A stretch of DNA of 64,000 nt from Thiomicrorhabdus sp. (GTDB taxonomy: Bacteria; Pseudomonadota; Gammaproteobacteria; Thiomicrospirales; Thiomicrospiraceae). Below, piece after piece: positions 47,490 to 56,484 of this stretch. Where the stretch lies: NCBI GenBank assembly GCA_963677355.2, contig CAXXXQ010000003.1, positions 322,364-386,363 on the forward strand, in the 5' to 3' direction. The translations under genes were made by a program, and so were the position numbers. Under the pieces are notes generated by a model. That model searched no databases. It was given only the letters and a program-made list of their open reading frames with translations, and had not been told where the DNA came from. Each line of letters opens with the position of its first letter. The first letter of the stretch is position 1.

Positions 47490-49274
47490 ATGACAAAAGT
47501 CGAAAGAAAGCAGCAGTTAATTGATTTGATTGAACGAGCCAAAGAGCTTGGATATCTGACATTTGCAGATGTAAAAGATGTTTTGCCTGATGATATCGAA
47601 GAAGACCAATACGGTCAGGTGTTGACGATTCTACAGGATTTTGGAATCAAACTTTTCGATTCTCCGCCGGATGAAGATGAGTTATTGACCCAGGAAGGCG
47701 GAGCCTTTGACGATGCGGCTGCGGAAGCGGCTATGTCTGCCTTAGCGGAAGTGGATGGCGAATTTGGCCGTACAACCGATCCGGTTCGTATGTATATGCG
47801 TGAAATGGGATCAGTTGAATTGTTGACTCGTCACGGCGAAATTGAAATCGCTAAACGCATTGAATGGGGCATTCGCGACATGCTGGATGCGCTTGCGATG
47901 TACCCGAATTTCACACAAGAAATTTTAGACACCTTTTCCCGTATGGATGAAGGCGAAGGTAAGATCGCCGATGTCGTGCAAGGTTTCGTGCGCCCTGAAG
48001 ACCTGATTGATGTGCCAGTTGAAGAGCTGTCTCCGGATAGCGATAACAATGAACCGAAAGAAGACGGTATTAATCAGGAAGAGTTGGACGAGTTTTTACG
48101 GGTTCTGCAAAAATTAAGTGAAGCCGCACTGAAAGAAGAAGAAACCGACTTTGAAGGCGATAAAGCCAAAGCGAAGCGTGCAGCAGTCGTTGAGCATCTT
48201 CGTGGAATCAAGATTACTCCGGTTTTCTCCAGCAAAATCATCCGTCGCATCAAAGACCGTATTAAGCAGATTCGCGAGCAGGAGCGTGTCATCGTTGACT
48301 TGGTTTTGCGTACCATCAAAGTGCCGCGTCCACTGTTTTTAGAGACTTTTATCGGTTCGGAAACCGACTTGCAAATGGTTGACCGTTTGATTGCTGCTTC
48401 GCCAGATCATGCCGAAGCGTTGGAAAACGCGCGTAGCGAAATTATCCGTGCGCAGAAACGTTTGGCAATGATTCAAAAAGCCGAAAAAATGCCGATCGCA
48501 ACTTATAAAGCAATCTACAAAGATTTAAGTAAAGCCGAAAATAACGCGCGTGTAGCCAAGCGTGAAATGATCGAGGCCAACCTGCGTCTGGTTATTTCGA
48601 TTGCCAAAAAATACACCAACCGCGGTTTGCAATTCCTTGATTTGATTCAGGAAGGGAATATCGGTTTGATGAAAGCGGTAGATAAATTTGAATACCGTCG
48701 TGGTTACAAGTTCTCGACTTATGCAACCTGGTGGATTCGTCAGGCGATCACCCGTTCGATTGCCGATCAAGCGCGTACTATCCGTATTCCGGTACATATG
48801 ATTGAAACCATTAACAAGCTGAACCGTATTCAACGTCAATTGCTACAGAAAATGGGTCGTGAGCCGACTCCTGAAGAATTGGCCGAAGAGATGGAGATGC
48901 CGGAAGACAAGATTCGTAAAGTGATGAAAATTGCCAAAGAGCCGATTTCAATGGAAACGCCGATCGGTGATGACGAAGATTCATCATTAGGCGATTTCAT
49001 TGAAGACTCTAATATCTTGTCGCCACAAGATGCTGCCGATTCCGAAGGCATGAGTGAAACGGTCCGTGAAATGTTGAATACCTTGACTCCACGTGAAGCA
49101 AAAGTGTTGCGTATGCGTTTCGGTCTGAGTATGAATACCGATCACACACTTGAAGAAGTCGGTAAACAGTTTGATGTAACACGTGAACGTATCCGTCAGA
49201 TTGAAGCTAAAGCGTTGCGTAAGCTTCGTCATCCAAGTCGTGCAGAGCGTCTGAAAAGTTTCTTGGATATGTAA
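47490..49274 (+). CDS. rpoD: RNA polymerase sigma factor RpoD
   Basis: Regions 1.1 to 4.2 are recognisable ([101 protein letters not shown]). Confidence 0.97.
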   Translation: MTKVERKQQLIDLIERAKELGYLTFADVKDVLPDDIEEDQYGQVLTILQDFGIKLFDSPPDEDELLTQEGGAFDDAAAEAAMSALAEVDGEFGRTTDPVRMYMREMGSVELLTRHGEIEIAKRIEWGIRDMLDALAMYPNFTQEILDTFSRMDEGEGKIADVVQGFVRPEDLIDVPVEELSPDSDNNEPKEDGINQEELDEFLRVLQKLSEAALKEEETDFEGDKAKAKRAAVVEHLRGIKITPVFSSKIIRRIKDRIKQIREQERVIVDLVLRTIKVPRPLFLETFIGSETDLQMVDRLIAASPDHAEALENARSEIIRAQKRLAMIQKAEKMPIATYKAIYKDLSKAENNARVAKREMIEANLRLVISIAKKYTNRGLQFLDLIQEGNIGLMKAVDKFEYRRGYKFSTYATWWIRQAITRSIADQARTIRIPVHMIETINKLNRIQRQLLQKMGREPTPEELAEEMEMPEDKIRKVMKIAKEPISMETPIGDDEDSSLGDFIEDSNILSPQDAADSEGMSETVREMLNTLTPREAKVLRMRFGLSMNTDHTLEEVGKQFDVTRERIRQIEAKALRKLRHPSRAERLKSFLDM

Positions 49275-49302
49275 TCCCTTAAATAGATTGGCTAAGAAGA
49301 AA

Positions 49303-49338
49303 AGCCGCAAGCGAACTGTTTCGCTTGCGGCTTTTTTG
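49303..49338 (+). terminator. intrinsic terminator of rpoD
   Basis: AGCCGCAAGCGA-actgtt-TCGCTTGCGGCT followed by TTTTTT, 29 nt after the rpoD stop. Confidence 0.85.
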
Positions 49339-49440
49339 TTTGAGAGGCTTTGTATTTTTGTTATCTAAAACTCTACAAAGGTCTAGTGACTCCGCTATAA
49401 TAAGCGCCACCAAATTATCTATCCGGATAATTTTCTATAC

Positions 49441-49517
49441 GGGCCCTTAGCTCAGTTGGTTAGAGCATCCGACTCATAATCGGCAGGTCCACGGTTCAAG
49501 TCCGTGAGGGCCCACCA
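49441..49517 (+). tRNA. ileX: tRNA with CAU anticodon, most likely tRNA-Ile2 (lysidine type), alternatively elongator tRNA-Met
   Basis: Cloverleaf drawn by hand: acceptor GGGCCCT/AGGGCCC plus A plus an encoded CCA, D-arm TAGCTCAGTTGGTTAGAGCA, anticodon loop CTCATAA, T-arm CACGG-TTCAAGT-CCGTG. The GC-rich acceptor stem, the GGTTCAAGTCC T-arm and the position just after rpoD resemble E. coli ileX as I recall it. Confidence 0.9.
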
Positions 49518-49571
49518 TCTAAAATTTATCAGTATATTTTTCTTTACGTAAGAGTTTTCTGTCATCAATTG

Positions 49572-50288
49572 TTATTTGTTTAATTCAATAATCTCTCTGC
49601 CTAAGGCGGCATGATGCATGGCGTCATAGGTTTTTTTGACAATCGCTTGTTTGGTTTCATCGGAAACTTCAAGTTGATCGTTGAATGTGCTTTGGTTTTT
49701 CATCTGTTCATACTTTTTTCGAGCTTGTTTGGGAACTTTGAATTTGAAGTCGTCGTAGCTGTTATCCGGCTCGGGGATGGTGAATTTGATTTTAGGGTCT
49801 GAAAAGATATTTTCGATCTGTTTGATAAATTTTTCGGTATTGAATAGAATGCGACTTTTCGAAGACAGCGTGATTCTGGCGTACTCTGCGGCAGTGTAAT
49901 CTTTGTTTTTAATGATCTTTCGAGCGATGTGTTTTTGATCGTCGGGAACAAAAGGCTGTATCGCTTTCATAAAATCCCGTTTTTCGAGTTGCATGGTTTG
50001 CGCTAGAGCCATTTCTCTAGCTTCTTTAAGTTTCTCTTTAATCAGAAATAGATAGTTGGTTGCCAGGATGATGGTTAGCACGAGCAGGGCAATAATGGCG
50101 ACCAGAACCAGATCGCTGTATAGGTAGGTAAATAAAGTCACGGCGGCACAGAAAGAAAGCCATAGAGCAGTGATTTTGATAATGCCGGGCTTTTCGATAT
50201 ACCAAGGATAGTACAATTCCTCCTTCATGAGGGTGGTATCAATATCAAGAAGTTGTTGTAAAGCGGATAGGTGATCGAAACGTTTCAT
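49572..50288 (-). CDS. hypothetical membrane protein, 238 aa, two TM segments
   Basis: Two hydrophobic stretches (ITALWLSFCAAVTLFTYL, LVLVAIIALLVLTIILATNYLFL) followed by a Lys-rich soluble part. Lies 20 nt downstream of the HDOD gene on the same strand. Confidence 0.55.
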   Translation of the reverse strand: MKRFDHLSALQQLLDIDTTLMKEELYYPWYIEKPGIIKITALWLSFCAAVTLFTYLYSDLVLVAIIALLVLTIILATNYLFLIKEKLKEAREMALAQTMQLEKRDFMKAIQPFVPDDQKHIARKIIKNKDYTAAEYARITLSSKSRILFNTEKFIKQIENIFSDPKIKFTIPEPDNSYDDFKFKVPKQARKKYEQMKNQSTFNDQLEVSDETKQAIVKKTYDAMHHAALGREIIELNK

Positions 50289-50308
50289 TATAAGTTACCA
50301 AAGACCGG

Positions 50309-51169
50309 CTAATGACTGCCTGTGGAAATCCCAATAGAATTCCCCCACTTGATAATAGCCGAATTAGCTGCTTTGATCGCGTTTTCCGGGAGGTCGAGTT
50401 CGGCCAGACCGAGGTTGCGGTATTCTTTTAGTTCCTGAGTGATATATTGATCACCTGAGGTGCTGCTGACAACGAAGTTGGCAACCATGACGAGCGCGAT
50501 GATATGACGAACTTTTTGGTCGTTTGCGGTTTTCAGGGCAAATTGAGTGTCGTGGTGTAAAAGGATCGATTTGTAAACATCTGCCGAGATATGCCATTTT
50601 TTTGCGATATAGGTTCCCAAGTAGGCGTGAGTGGTTCCATAGTGAGTCTCTTCTTTCTGATAGCCGGAAATCGGATTGGAAAGCTGGGTTTTTAAGAGTT
50701 CGAAGTAATTTTCGGGATCGATTTTGGAAAGATAAATGGCGCCTACATTTTGCATTAGACCAGCCATATAAGCTTCCGCGCGGGTGACATCAAATACCCA
50801 ATAAGATAGTTCTGCCGCCGCTAAACCGACTTTGGCACCATGAAGCAGAATCGCCTTTTCTTCTGCGGTCTGGGCGATTATATTAGTGAGGCTGCTGGAG
50901 AGAAAAATATTGTAGATTTCGTCTAACCCCAAAACATTCACAGCCGCTTTAGCATCGGTTATCTCGCTTTTTTCACCGGTGATATTAGTGTTTACCAGCG
51001 TTAAAAATTCGCCTAGCAGTTCAGGGTTGTGGCTGATTAAATTGGCGATGGTGACGGTGTTCGGGTATTTCTTATTTAACTCTTCCTGAAGGAGCACGAC
51101 TTCTTCCGGAATGGTCGGAACGGACGTTTCAGAAAATATTTGCGCTGCTTTGGAAAGTTGCTGCTGCAT
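50309..51169 (-). CDS. HDOD domain signalling protein
   Basis: HDOD pattern (PTIPEEVVLLQEEL...IANLISHNPELLGEFLTLVN...AAVNVLGLDEI..., later HYGTTHAYLGTYIAKKW). ATG at 51169 preferred to the upstream TTG at 51217. Confidence 0.8.
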   Translation of the reverse strand: MQQQLSKAAQIFSETSVPTIPEEVVLLQEELNKKYPNTVTIANLISHNPELLGEFLTLVNTNITGEKSEITDAKAAVNVLGLDEIYNIFLSSSLTNIIAQTAEEKAILLHGAKVGLAAAELSYWVFDVTRAEAYMAGLMQNVGAIYLSKIDPENYFELLKTQLSNPISGYQKEETHYGTTHAYLGTYIAKKWHISADVYKSILLHHDTQFALKTANDQKVRHIIALVMVANFVVSSTSGDQYITQELKEYRNLGLAELDLPENAIKAANSAIIKWGNSIGISTGSH

Positions 51170-51422
51170 TAAATACCACGCTGTTAAACAGACTTGCTGA
51201 CAGGTCGAGGGCAGCAAGATTTTGATCTCATTAATGCAATCTTAAACGAAAAGTGCGTATCTAAGAAGCAATATAGTGATTGATCGTGTTTTTCCTTTTC
51301 TTAACTTACCCGTTCTTTCGCATGTCTATAGCGTTTAGTGTTAGTCTTTGGTGTTGCTAAGGTTTTGAATTTAAGGATGTTTTGTTAATATAGTAATTAA
51401 TTCATCAACTCGAAGCCTTTGG

Positions 51423-52226
51423 ATGTTATTGAACATGTTTATTGCAACGGGACAATCCAATTACTCTCTGTATTCGCAAGCGCCTAAGGCGATTGCGGGA
51501 GTACAGGCTGTTGCTCAACTTAATCAGCAGATTACCACCAACCGGATTGACGCGGACGTTTCTCAACTGAATTCGCAAACTGCCAGACCAATCAACTATT
51601 CCCCCTCTATAAAAGACGACCGCGCCACCCAGGTGCCGAATGCCGATGATTCAATCGCAGACGGTAGTAACTTGGTTCAAGCAAAAAGTTCCGGGCAATC
51701 GCAACAAGCGGATTTGCAAATTCAACAGGTGATTCAGCAGCTCAAAGCACGGGATACCGAAGTTAGAGCGCATGAAATGGCTCATTTGGCCGTAGCGGGG
51801 CAATATGCACAAGGGATGAGCTTTACTTATCAGACGGGGCCGGACGGTAGGCAATATGCGATCGGTGGTGAAGTAGGGATTGATTCGGCACCGGTTGCAG
51901 GCGACCCGCAAGCGACTATTGAAAAAGCGAGAGTTATTCAGCGAGCCGCCTTGGCGCCGGCAGAACCTTCAAACCAAGATCAAAGAGTCGCACAAGCGGC
52001 TTCACAAATGATGGCACAAGCGCAGACCGAATTGATGCTTGCTGAAAAAGAGGAAATGACTACGGTGGCTGCAGATGACCCTGAGTCGACAGGTTCTATT
52101 GAACAAGCTGAAAATTCGAGTGCAGTTACCGAGAAGATAGCGGTTTCAGAGTCTGCCGATAATTGGAATGGCGCAATTCAGGAAAGGCAACAGTTTGCAG
52201 TCAGATTGCAGATTGCTGCCGGTTAA
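51423..52226 (+). CDS. SprA-related putative metalloprotease (HExxH)
   Basis: LKARDTEVRAHEMAHLAVAGQYAQGMSFTYQTGPDGRQYAIGGEVGID matches the conserved core I recall for the SprA-related / CJM1_0395-type family. Gln-rich flanks. Confidence 0.65.
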   Translation: MLLNMFIATGQSNYSLYSQAPKAIAGVQAVAQLNQQITTNRIDADVSQLNSQTARPINYSPSIKDDRATQVPNADDSIADGSNLVQAKSSGQSQQADLQIQQVIQQLKARDTEVRAHEMAHLAVAGQYAQGMSFTYQTGPDGRQYAIGGEVGIDSAPVAGDPQATIEKARVIQRAALAPAEPSNQDQRVAQAASQMMAQAQTELMLAEKEEMTTVAADDPESTGSIEQAENSSAVTEKIAVSESADNWNGAIQERQQFAVRLQIAAG

Positions 52227-52262
52227 AGCAGGATCGTCGTGTTCGAATAGCGCAAGATGGTT

Positions 52263-52583
52263 TTATTCCGCCACCGTACAAAAAGTCTGTTGCATGGCAC
52301 TCATTAGAGAAAGAATGTTTTTGTCTCTGACTTTGCATAAGATCTTGCTGCCCTCTCGACGAGAGGTGATAATCTCTTTTTCACGTAAAATATCGATATG
52401 TTGTGAAATATTGCTTTGAGTGGTTCCAACCTGCTTCACAATGTCCATGACGGGAAGTTCTTTTTCACCAATTACGCATAGAATTTTAAGTCTTAACGGG
52501 TGTCCCATCGCCTTGAGTGCTTTTGAAGCTTTGGTGATGTTTTCATCTTTCATTTCAAAAAGAGCGTTTTTGTCTTCGGTCAT
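52263..52583 (-). CDS. ArsR/SmtB family transcriptional regulator, BigR/SqrR-like two-Cys pattern
   Basis: HTH core GHPLRLKILCVIGEKELPVMDIVKQVGTTQSNISQHIDILREKEIITSRREG. The metal-site ELCVCDL is replaced by ELPVMDI. Cys36 and Cys102 are 66 residues apart. Confidence 0.85.
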   Translation of the reverse strand: MTEDKNALFEMKDENITKASKALKAMGHPLRLKILCVIGEKELPVMDIVKQVGTTQSNISQHIDILREKEIITSRREGSKILCKVRDKNILSLMSAMQQTFCTVAE

Positions 52584-52764
52584 TTTTTTATTTCACTATA
52601 TAACAATATTATTATTTTAAAATTTGACGATAGATTCTAATGAAAAGCTGGTAATCTGTCACTTAAAGTTAATTTATAATGAACAAATTATTTTTGGGAA
52701 GGGTTAGTCTTAATCTTGCTAAGGTAATTCATAGTGATCACTCCCTAATTATTTGGAGAATTTA

Positions 52765-54099
52765 GTGAATACAGGGATCAAAAAAACATTATTAGTAAGT
52801 TCGGGTGCTGTTTTGGGAGCGTTGATCGCTCTTGGTACTACAGTTTGGGCGGATAAAACGGAACAGACCCAAGTTAGCCCTGAGCAGATTTCTATTCCTC
52901 TGCAAGAGTTAAGAGCTTTTGTTGAAGTATTTGAACGTGTTTCACATGACTACGTTGATGAAATTGAAGACAAAAAGTTGTTGGAAGGCGCGATCAGCGG
53001 CATGCTTTCCAATCTTGATCCGCATTCGGCCTACCTGCCTCCGACTGACTTCAAAGAGATGGAAGAGCACACTCGCGGAGAATTTGGTGGTTTGGGCATG
53101 GAAGTCGGCATGGAAGACGGTTTTGTCAAAGTTATTTCGCCAATTGACGACACCCCGGCACAAAAAGCGGGCATTAAAGCGGGTGACCTGATTATTAAGT
53201 TGGGTAATGAACCAGTCAAAGGTAAGACTTTGAGCGAAGCCGTCAAGATTATGCGCGGTAAGCCAGGCACCAAGTTGTTGTTGACGATTGTTCGTAAAGG
53301 CGAAGACGCGCCAATTAAAATTGAGATTACCCGTGCGGTTATTAAGGTGAAAAGCCTAAAACAGCGCATGTTAAAAGATAATGTCGGTTATGCAAGAATC
53401 AGCCAATTCCAGCTGAGAACCGGGCCGGATTTGGCAAAATCGATTGCTAAACTGGAAGAAGAAAACGGCCAGCCTTTGGATGGATTGGTATTGGATCTTA
53501 GAAATAACCCGGGCGGCGTGTTGAATGCGGCGGTTCAAGTTTCCGATGCTTTCTTGGACGAGGGGTTGATTGTCTACACGGAAGGTCGTATCCAAAACTC
53601 GAAAATGCGTTTTGAGGCTGAAAAAGGCGATCTGCTCAACGGTAAGCCGATTGTGGTATTGATCAATGAAGGTTCCGCATCCGCATCGGAAATCGTAGCA
53701 GGTGCGCTACAAGATCAAAAGCGTGCCGTTATTGCCGGGCGCACCAGTTTCGGTAAAGGTTCGGTTCAAACGTTACTGCAACTGAATAACGGCGCGGCGA
53801 TTAAAGTAACCACGGCACGTTACTATACGCCTTCCGGAAGATCGATTCAGGCTGAAGGAATTAAACCGGATGTGACGATTGATCTGGTTAAAGTGGAAAA
53901 GCTTGAAAAAGAACGTTTGACGGTTAAAGAAAAAGATTTGACCGGCCACCTGGAAAACGGCGATGCCGACCACAAAGAGAATGAAGACAAAGTTTCAAAA
54001 TCCGATGAACTGGAAAAACTTTTGGATGAGGATTATGAGCTCAATGAAGCGCTTCGTTTGGTGAAAGCAATGGCGCTTGCCCAGCAGATGAAACGTTAA
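52765..54099 (+). CDS. ctp: carboxy-terminal processing protease (S41)
   Basis: PDZ segment (GGLGMEV...KAGIKAGDLI) and S41 core (DLRNNPGG, GSASASEI, GKGSVQ). GTG at 52765 preferred because GGAGA lies 5 nt upstream. Confidence 0.9.
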   Translation: MNTGIKKTLLVSSGAVLGALIALGTTVWADKTEQTQVSPEQISIPLQELRAFVEVFERVSHDYVDEIEDKKLLEGAISGMLSNLDPHSAYLPPTDFKEMEEHTRGEFGGLGMEVGMEDGFVKVISPIDDTPAQKAGIKAGDLIIKLGNEPVKGKTLSEAVKIMRGKPGTKLLLTIVRKGEDAPIKIEITRAVIKVKSLKQRMLKDNVGYARISQFQLRTGPDLAKSIAKLEEENGQPLDGLVLDLRNNPGGVLNAAVQVSDAFLDEGLIVYTEGRIQNSKMRFEAEKGDLLNGKPIVVLINEGSASASEIVAGALQDQKRAVIAGRTSFGKGSVQTLLQLNNGAAIKVTTARYYTPSGRSIQAEGIKPDVTIDLVKVEKLEKERLTVKEKDLTGHLENGDADHKENEDKVSKSDELEKLLDEDYELNEALRLVKAMALAQQMKR

Positions 54100-54113
54100 C
54101 CGCGAAAGGCTGA

Positions 54114-54680
54114 ATGGGTATGAGTGTTAAGAAAGGACTGGTCCCGTTAGCTCAGGGTTGCGAAGAGTTGGAAGCCGTCACCATCATCGATATTTTGGTG
54201 CGTGGCGGTGTCGAGGTGGTGACGGCGAGCTTGGATGACGAACGCATCATTAGCGCCAGTCGAGGCGTTCAACTGGTCGCTCAGACGACACTGGACAAAG
54301 TGTTGGCGGAGCAGTTCGATTTAGTGGTTTTGCCGGGCGGGCTCCCCGGTGCAGACCATCTGGCGAATGATTCGAGAATTCTTGAAAAGCTAAATCACAC
54401 TTCTGCCGAAGGCGGATTGGTAGCTGCCATCTGTGCGGCGCCGAAAGTCTTGGTCAAAGCAGGGTTATTGGATAATAAAAAGGCGACCAGTTATCCGGGC
54501 GTCATTGACCAGAACCCGGCTCAAGGTATGCAATATCTTGATCAGTCCGTTGTTGAAGACGGTCAAATCATTACTTCGAAAGGGCCGGGAACGGCGATGG
54601 ATTTTGCATTAAATTTGCTTGAAAAACTACAAGGTATCGAGGTTCGCCGGCAAGTTGAAGCCGGCTTAGTCAGACCCTAG
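54114..54680 (+). CDS. DJ-1/PfpI family protein (YajL-like)
   Basis: GCEELEAV..IDIL, LPGG, and the nucleophile elbow AAICAAP. Confidence 0.85.
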   Translation: MGMSVKKGLVPLAQGCEELEAVTIIDILVRGGVEVVTASLDDERIISASRGVQLVAQTTLDKVLAEQFDLVVLPGGLPGADHLANDSRILEKLNHTSAEGGLVAAICAAPKVLVKAGLLDNKKATSYPGVIDQNPAQGMQYLDQSVVEDGQIITSKGPGTAMDFALNLLEKLQGIEVRRQVEAGLVRP

Positions 54681-54730
54681 CCTTTGTTCATATTGTGACA
54701 ATATCGTCTTAACGTTTTGGACTATCTGTA

Positions 54731-55165
54731 TTGAAAACACTAAACCATATTCTGCTGTCATTCATTGCTCTGATGATCTATATGCAGCCTGTCCATTCGG
54801 AAGTCGTTGTTATCGCTAATCCGAATGTGGCCAGTCATCAACTCTCTGCTTCCCAGCTAAGCCGCATTTACGCAATGCAGATCAAAACATGGCCAAACGG
54901 CCAACCGATCAAGGTCTTTACCTTTGCTCCGCAATCTAAAGAATACAAAGATTTTGTCATCAATAAAGCTCGAATCCAGCCGCATCAATTAGATCGGCAT
55001 TGGAAGCGATTGTTGTTTACCGGAACGGGAAGGATTCCCGTTGAAGTTCCCAATGCTGACGTAATGCTTCGGGAGGTCAGGAAGACCCCCGGCGCCATCG
55101 GTTATCTAGAACAGGCCACCCGGACTACAGGAGTCAAGGTTATCGAGGTGGGGGAAAAACAATGA
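54731..55165 (+). CDS. small secreted periplasmic-binding-protein-like protein (PstS/PBP-like fragment-sized)
   Basis: TTG start and signal peptide (LLSFIALMIYMQPVHS). VVVIANPNV....LS..QLSRIY.....W.NG..I and GAIGYLE resemble the phosphate-binding-protein-like fold, but the protein is only 144 aa. Its stop overlaps the next start (ATGA). Confidence 0.55.
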   Translation: MKTLNHILLSFIALMIYMQPVHSEVVVIANPNVASHQLSASQLSRIYAMQIKTWPNGQPIKVFTFAPQSKEYKDFVINKARIQPHQLDRHWKRLLFTGTGRIPVEVPNADVMLREVRKTPGAIGYLEQATRTTGVKVIEVGEKQ

Positions 55166-56469
55166 AAAAACTGACGTTTTTAGCACCTTTATTTATCTTA
55201 TTTTCGTTTACGAGTCCGGCGTTTGCCATCTCTTTGAACGATGATATCGAGTTGCATGGTTTTGCTTCGCAAAGTTATGTGTACAGTCCTGACAGTCCTT
55301 ATGCCGGTACACAAACGGAAGACGGCAGTTTCGATTTCCGTGAATTAGGGTTGAACCTGTCGTGGAATATGGATGAGAAAACTCGCATTACCGGTCAAGT
55401 ATTAAGCCGGGATTTCGGCGAGAGAGCGGATGCCGAAACCGGCGTTGATTTTCTGTTATTGGATCGAGTGATCATTCAGGAACCAACCCATTCTTTTGGG
55501 GTACGCCTCGGGCGAGTCAAAAATGATTTCGGTTTATACAACTCGTCGCGTGACGTACCGAGTGCGCGTCCCGGGCTGGAAGTGCCGCAATCGGTCTATT
55601 TTGATTCGTTTAGAGATACATTTTTATCGGTGGACGGTGTTAATTTGTATGGTAACGCTTTAGGTGAAGCAGGTCTTATGGAATGGAATGTGTTTTACGG
55701 CGATAGGGATATCGATAGTAAATACATGGAATATTATGCCTTGGGAGGGCCGGCCGAAGGGGATTACGAGCTTGATAAAATCTTTGGTGCAAAGCTGGTT
55801 TTTGAACCAAGTCAGCTTTCCGGGCTCAAACTTGGTTTAAGCGGTATCCGTTCCGGACTTAATTTGAACAAAACTCAATCGTTACAAGATGCTCAGATAG
55901 CGTTAAGCAGCCAGTTTGGCAATTTAGGAATCAATCCTTTTGACGGTTTTAGTGCGCAGGAACAAGCTGTACTCGGTGGTCATGTTGTACAGAATTTGAA
56001 TAAGTATGTCGTTAAAAACGAGGTTGATATCGCATTTTTAATGGCTTCGTTACAGTACAGTTATGATGACTTGTTGCTGTCGGCGGAGTATATGCAAATT
56101 CATCTGGATAACACTTCGGAATTCGCGTTAATCGGTGAAAGAAGCCTCACTTCTATGGTTGAAGGTTTCTATGTTCAGGCAGAATGGTTTCCTCAATCCG
56201 ATCTAGTGACCTTAATTCGTTATGAAGAACTGTTCTTAAACAGCGACCAACCTGTGGAGTACCTTGCTCGGCCTTATGATCAAACTCACGGTTACCAAAA
56301 AGCTTGGACGGTTGGTGCAAAATGGTTCATCAACAAGAACTGGAGTTTAGGTGGGCAAATCGCCTTTAACGAGGGAACGGCATGGGCACCGGTTTATGAC
56401 GGCATGGAAGATAACCCGACCAGTAAGTTCTGGAAAGTGTATCGTGCCGCAGTAACGTTTCAATTTTAG
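55162..56469 (+). CDS. outer-membrane beta-barrel (porin-like) protein
   Basis: Signal peptide ending AFA, alternating amphipathic strands throughout, and a C-terminal aromatic residue (AAVTFQF). Confidence 0.7.
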   Translation: MKKLTFLAPLFILFSFTSPAFAISLNDDIELHGFASQSYVYSPDSPYAGTQTEDGSFDFRELGLNLSWNMDEKTRITGQVLSRDFGERADAETGVDFLLLDRVIIQEPTHSFGVRLGRVKNDFGLYNSSRDVPSARPGLEVPQSVYFDSFRDTFLSVDGVNLYGNALGEAGLMEWNVFYGDRDIDSKYMEYYALGGPAEGDYELDKIFGAKLVFEPSQLSGLKLGLSGIRSGLNLNKTQSLQDAQIALSSQFGNLGINPFDGFSAQEQAVLGGHVVQNLNKYVVKNEVDIAFLMASLQYSYDDLLLSAEYMQIHLDNTSEFALIGERSLTSMVEGFYVQAEWFPQSDLVTLIRYEELFLNSDQPVEYLARPYDQTHGYQKAWTVGAKWFINKNWSLGGQIAFNEGTAWAPVYDGMEDNPTSKFWKVYRAAVTFQF

Positions 56470-56484
56470 TTCATGAATTAATCT

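Noticed and set aside
49441-52226. Genomic island integrated at the tRNA
   Set aside because: No integrase, excisionase, transposase or phage gene, and no direct repeat of the tRNA 3' end that I could spot. I kept it only as a low-interest observation.
52263-52583. Arsenic resistance operon
   Set aside because: The ArsR-family regulator lacks the CVC arsenite site, and there are no arsB/acr3/arsC genes nearby.
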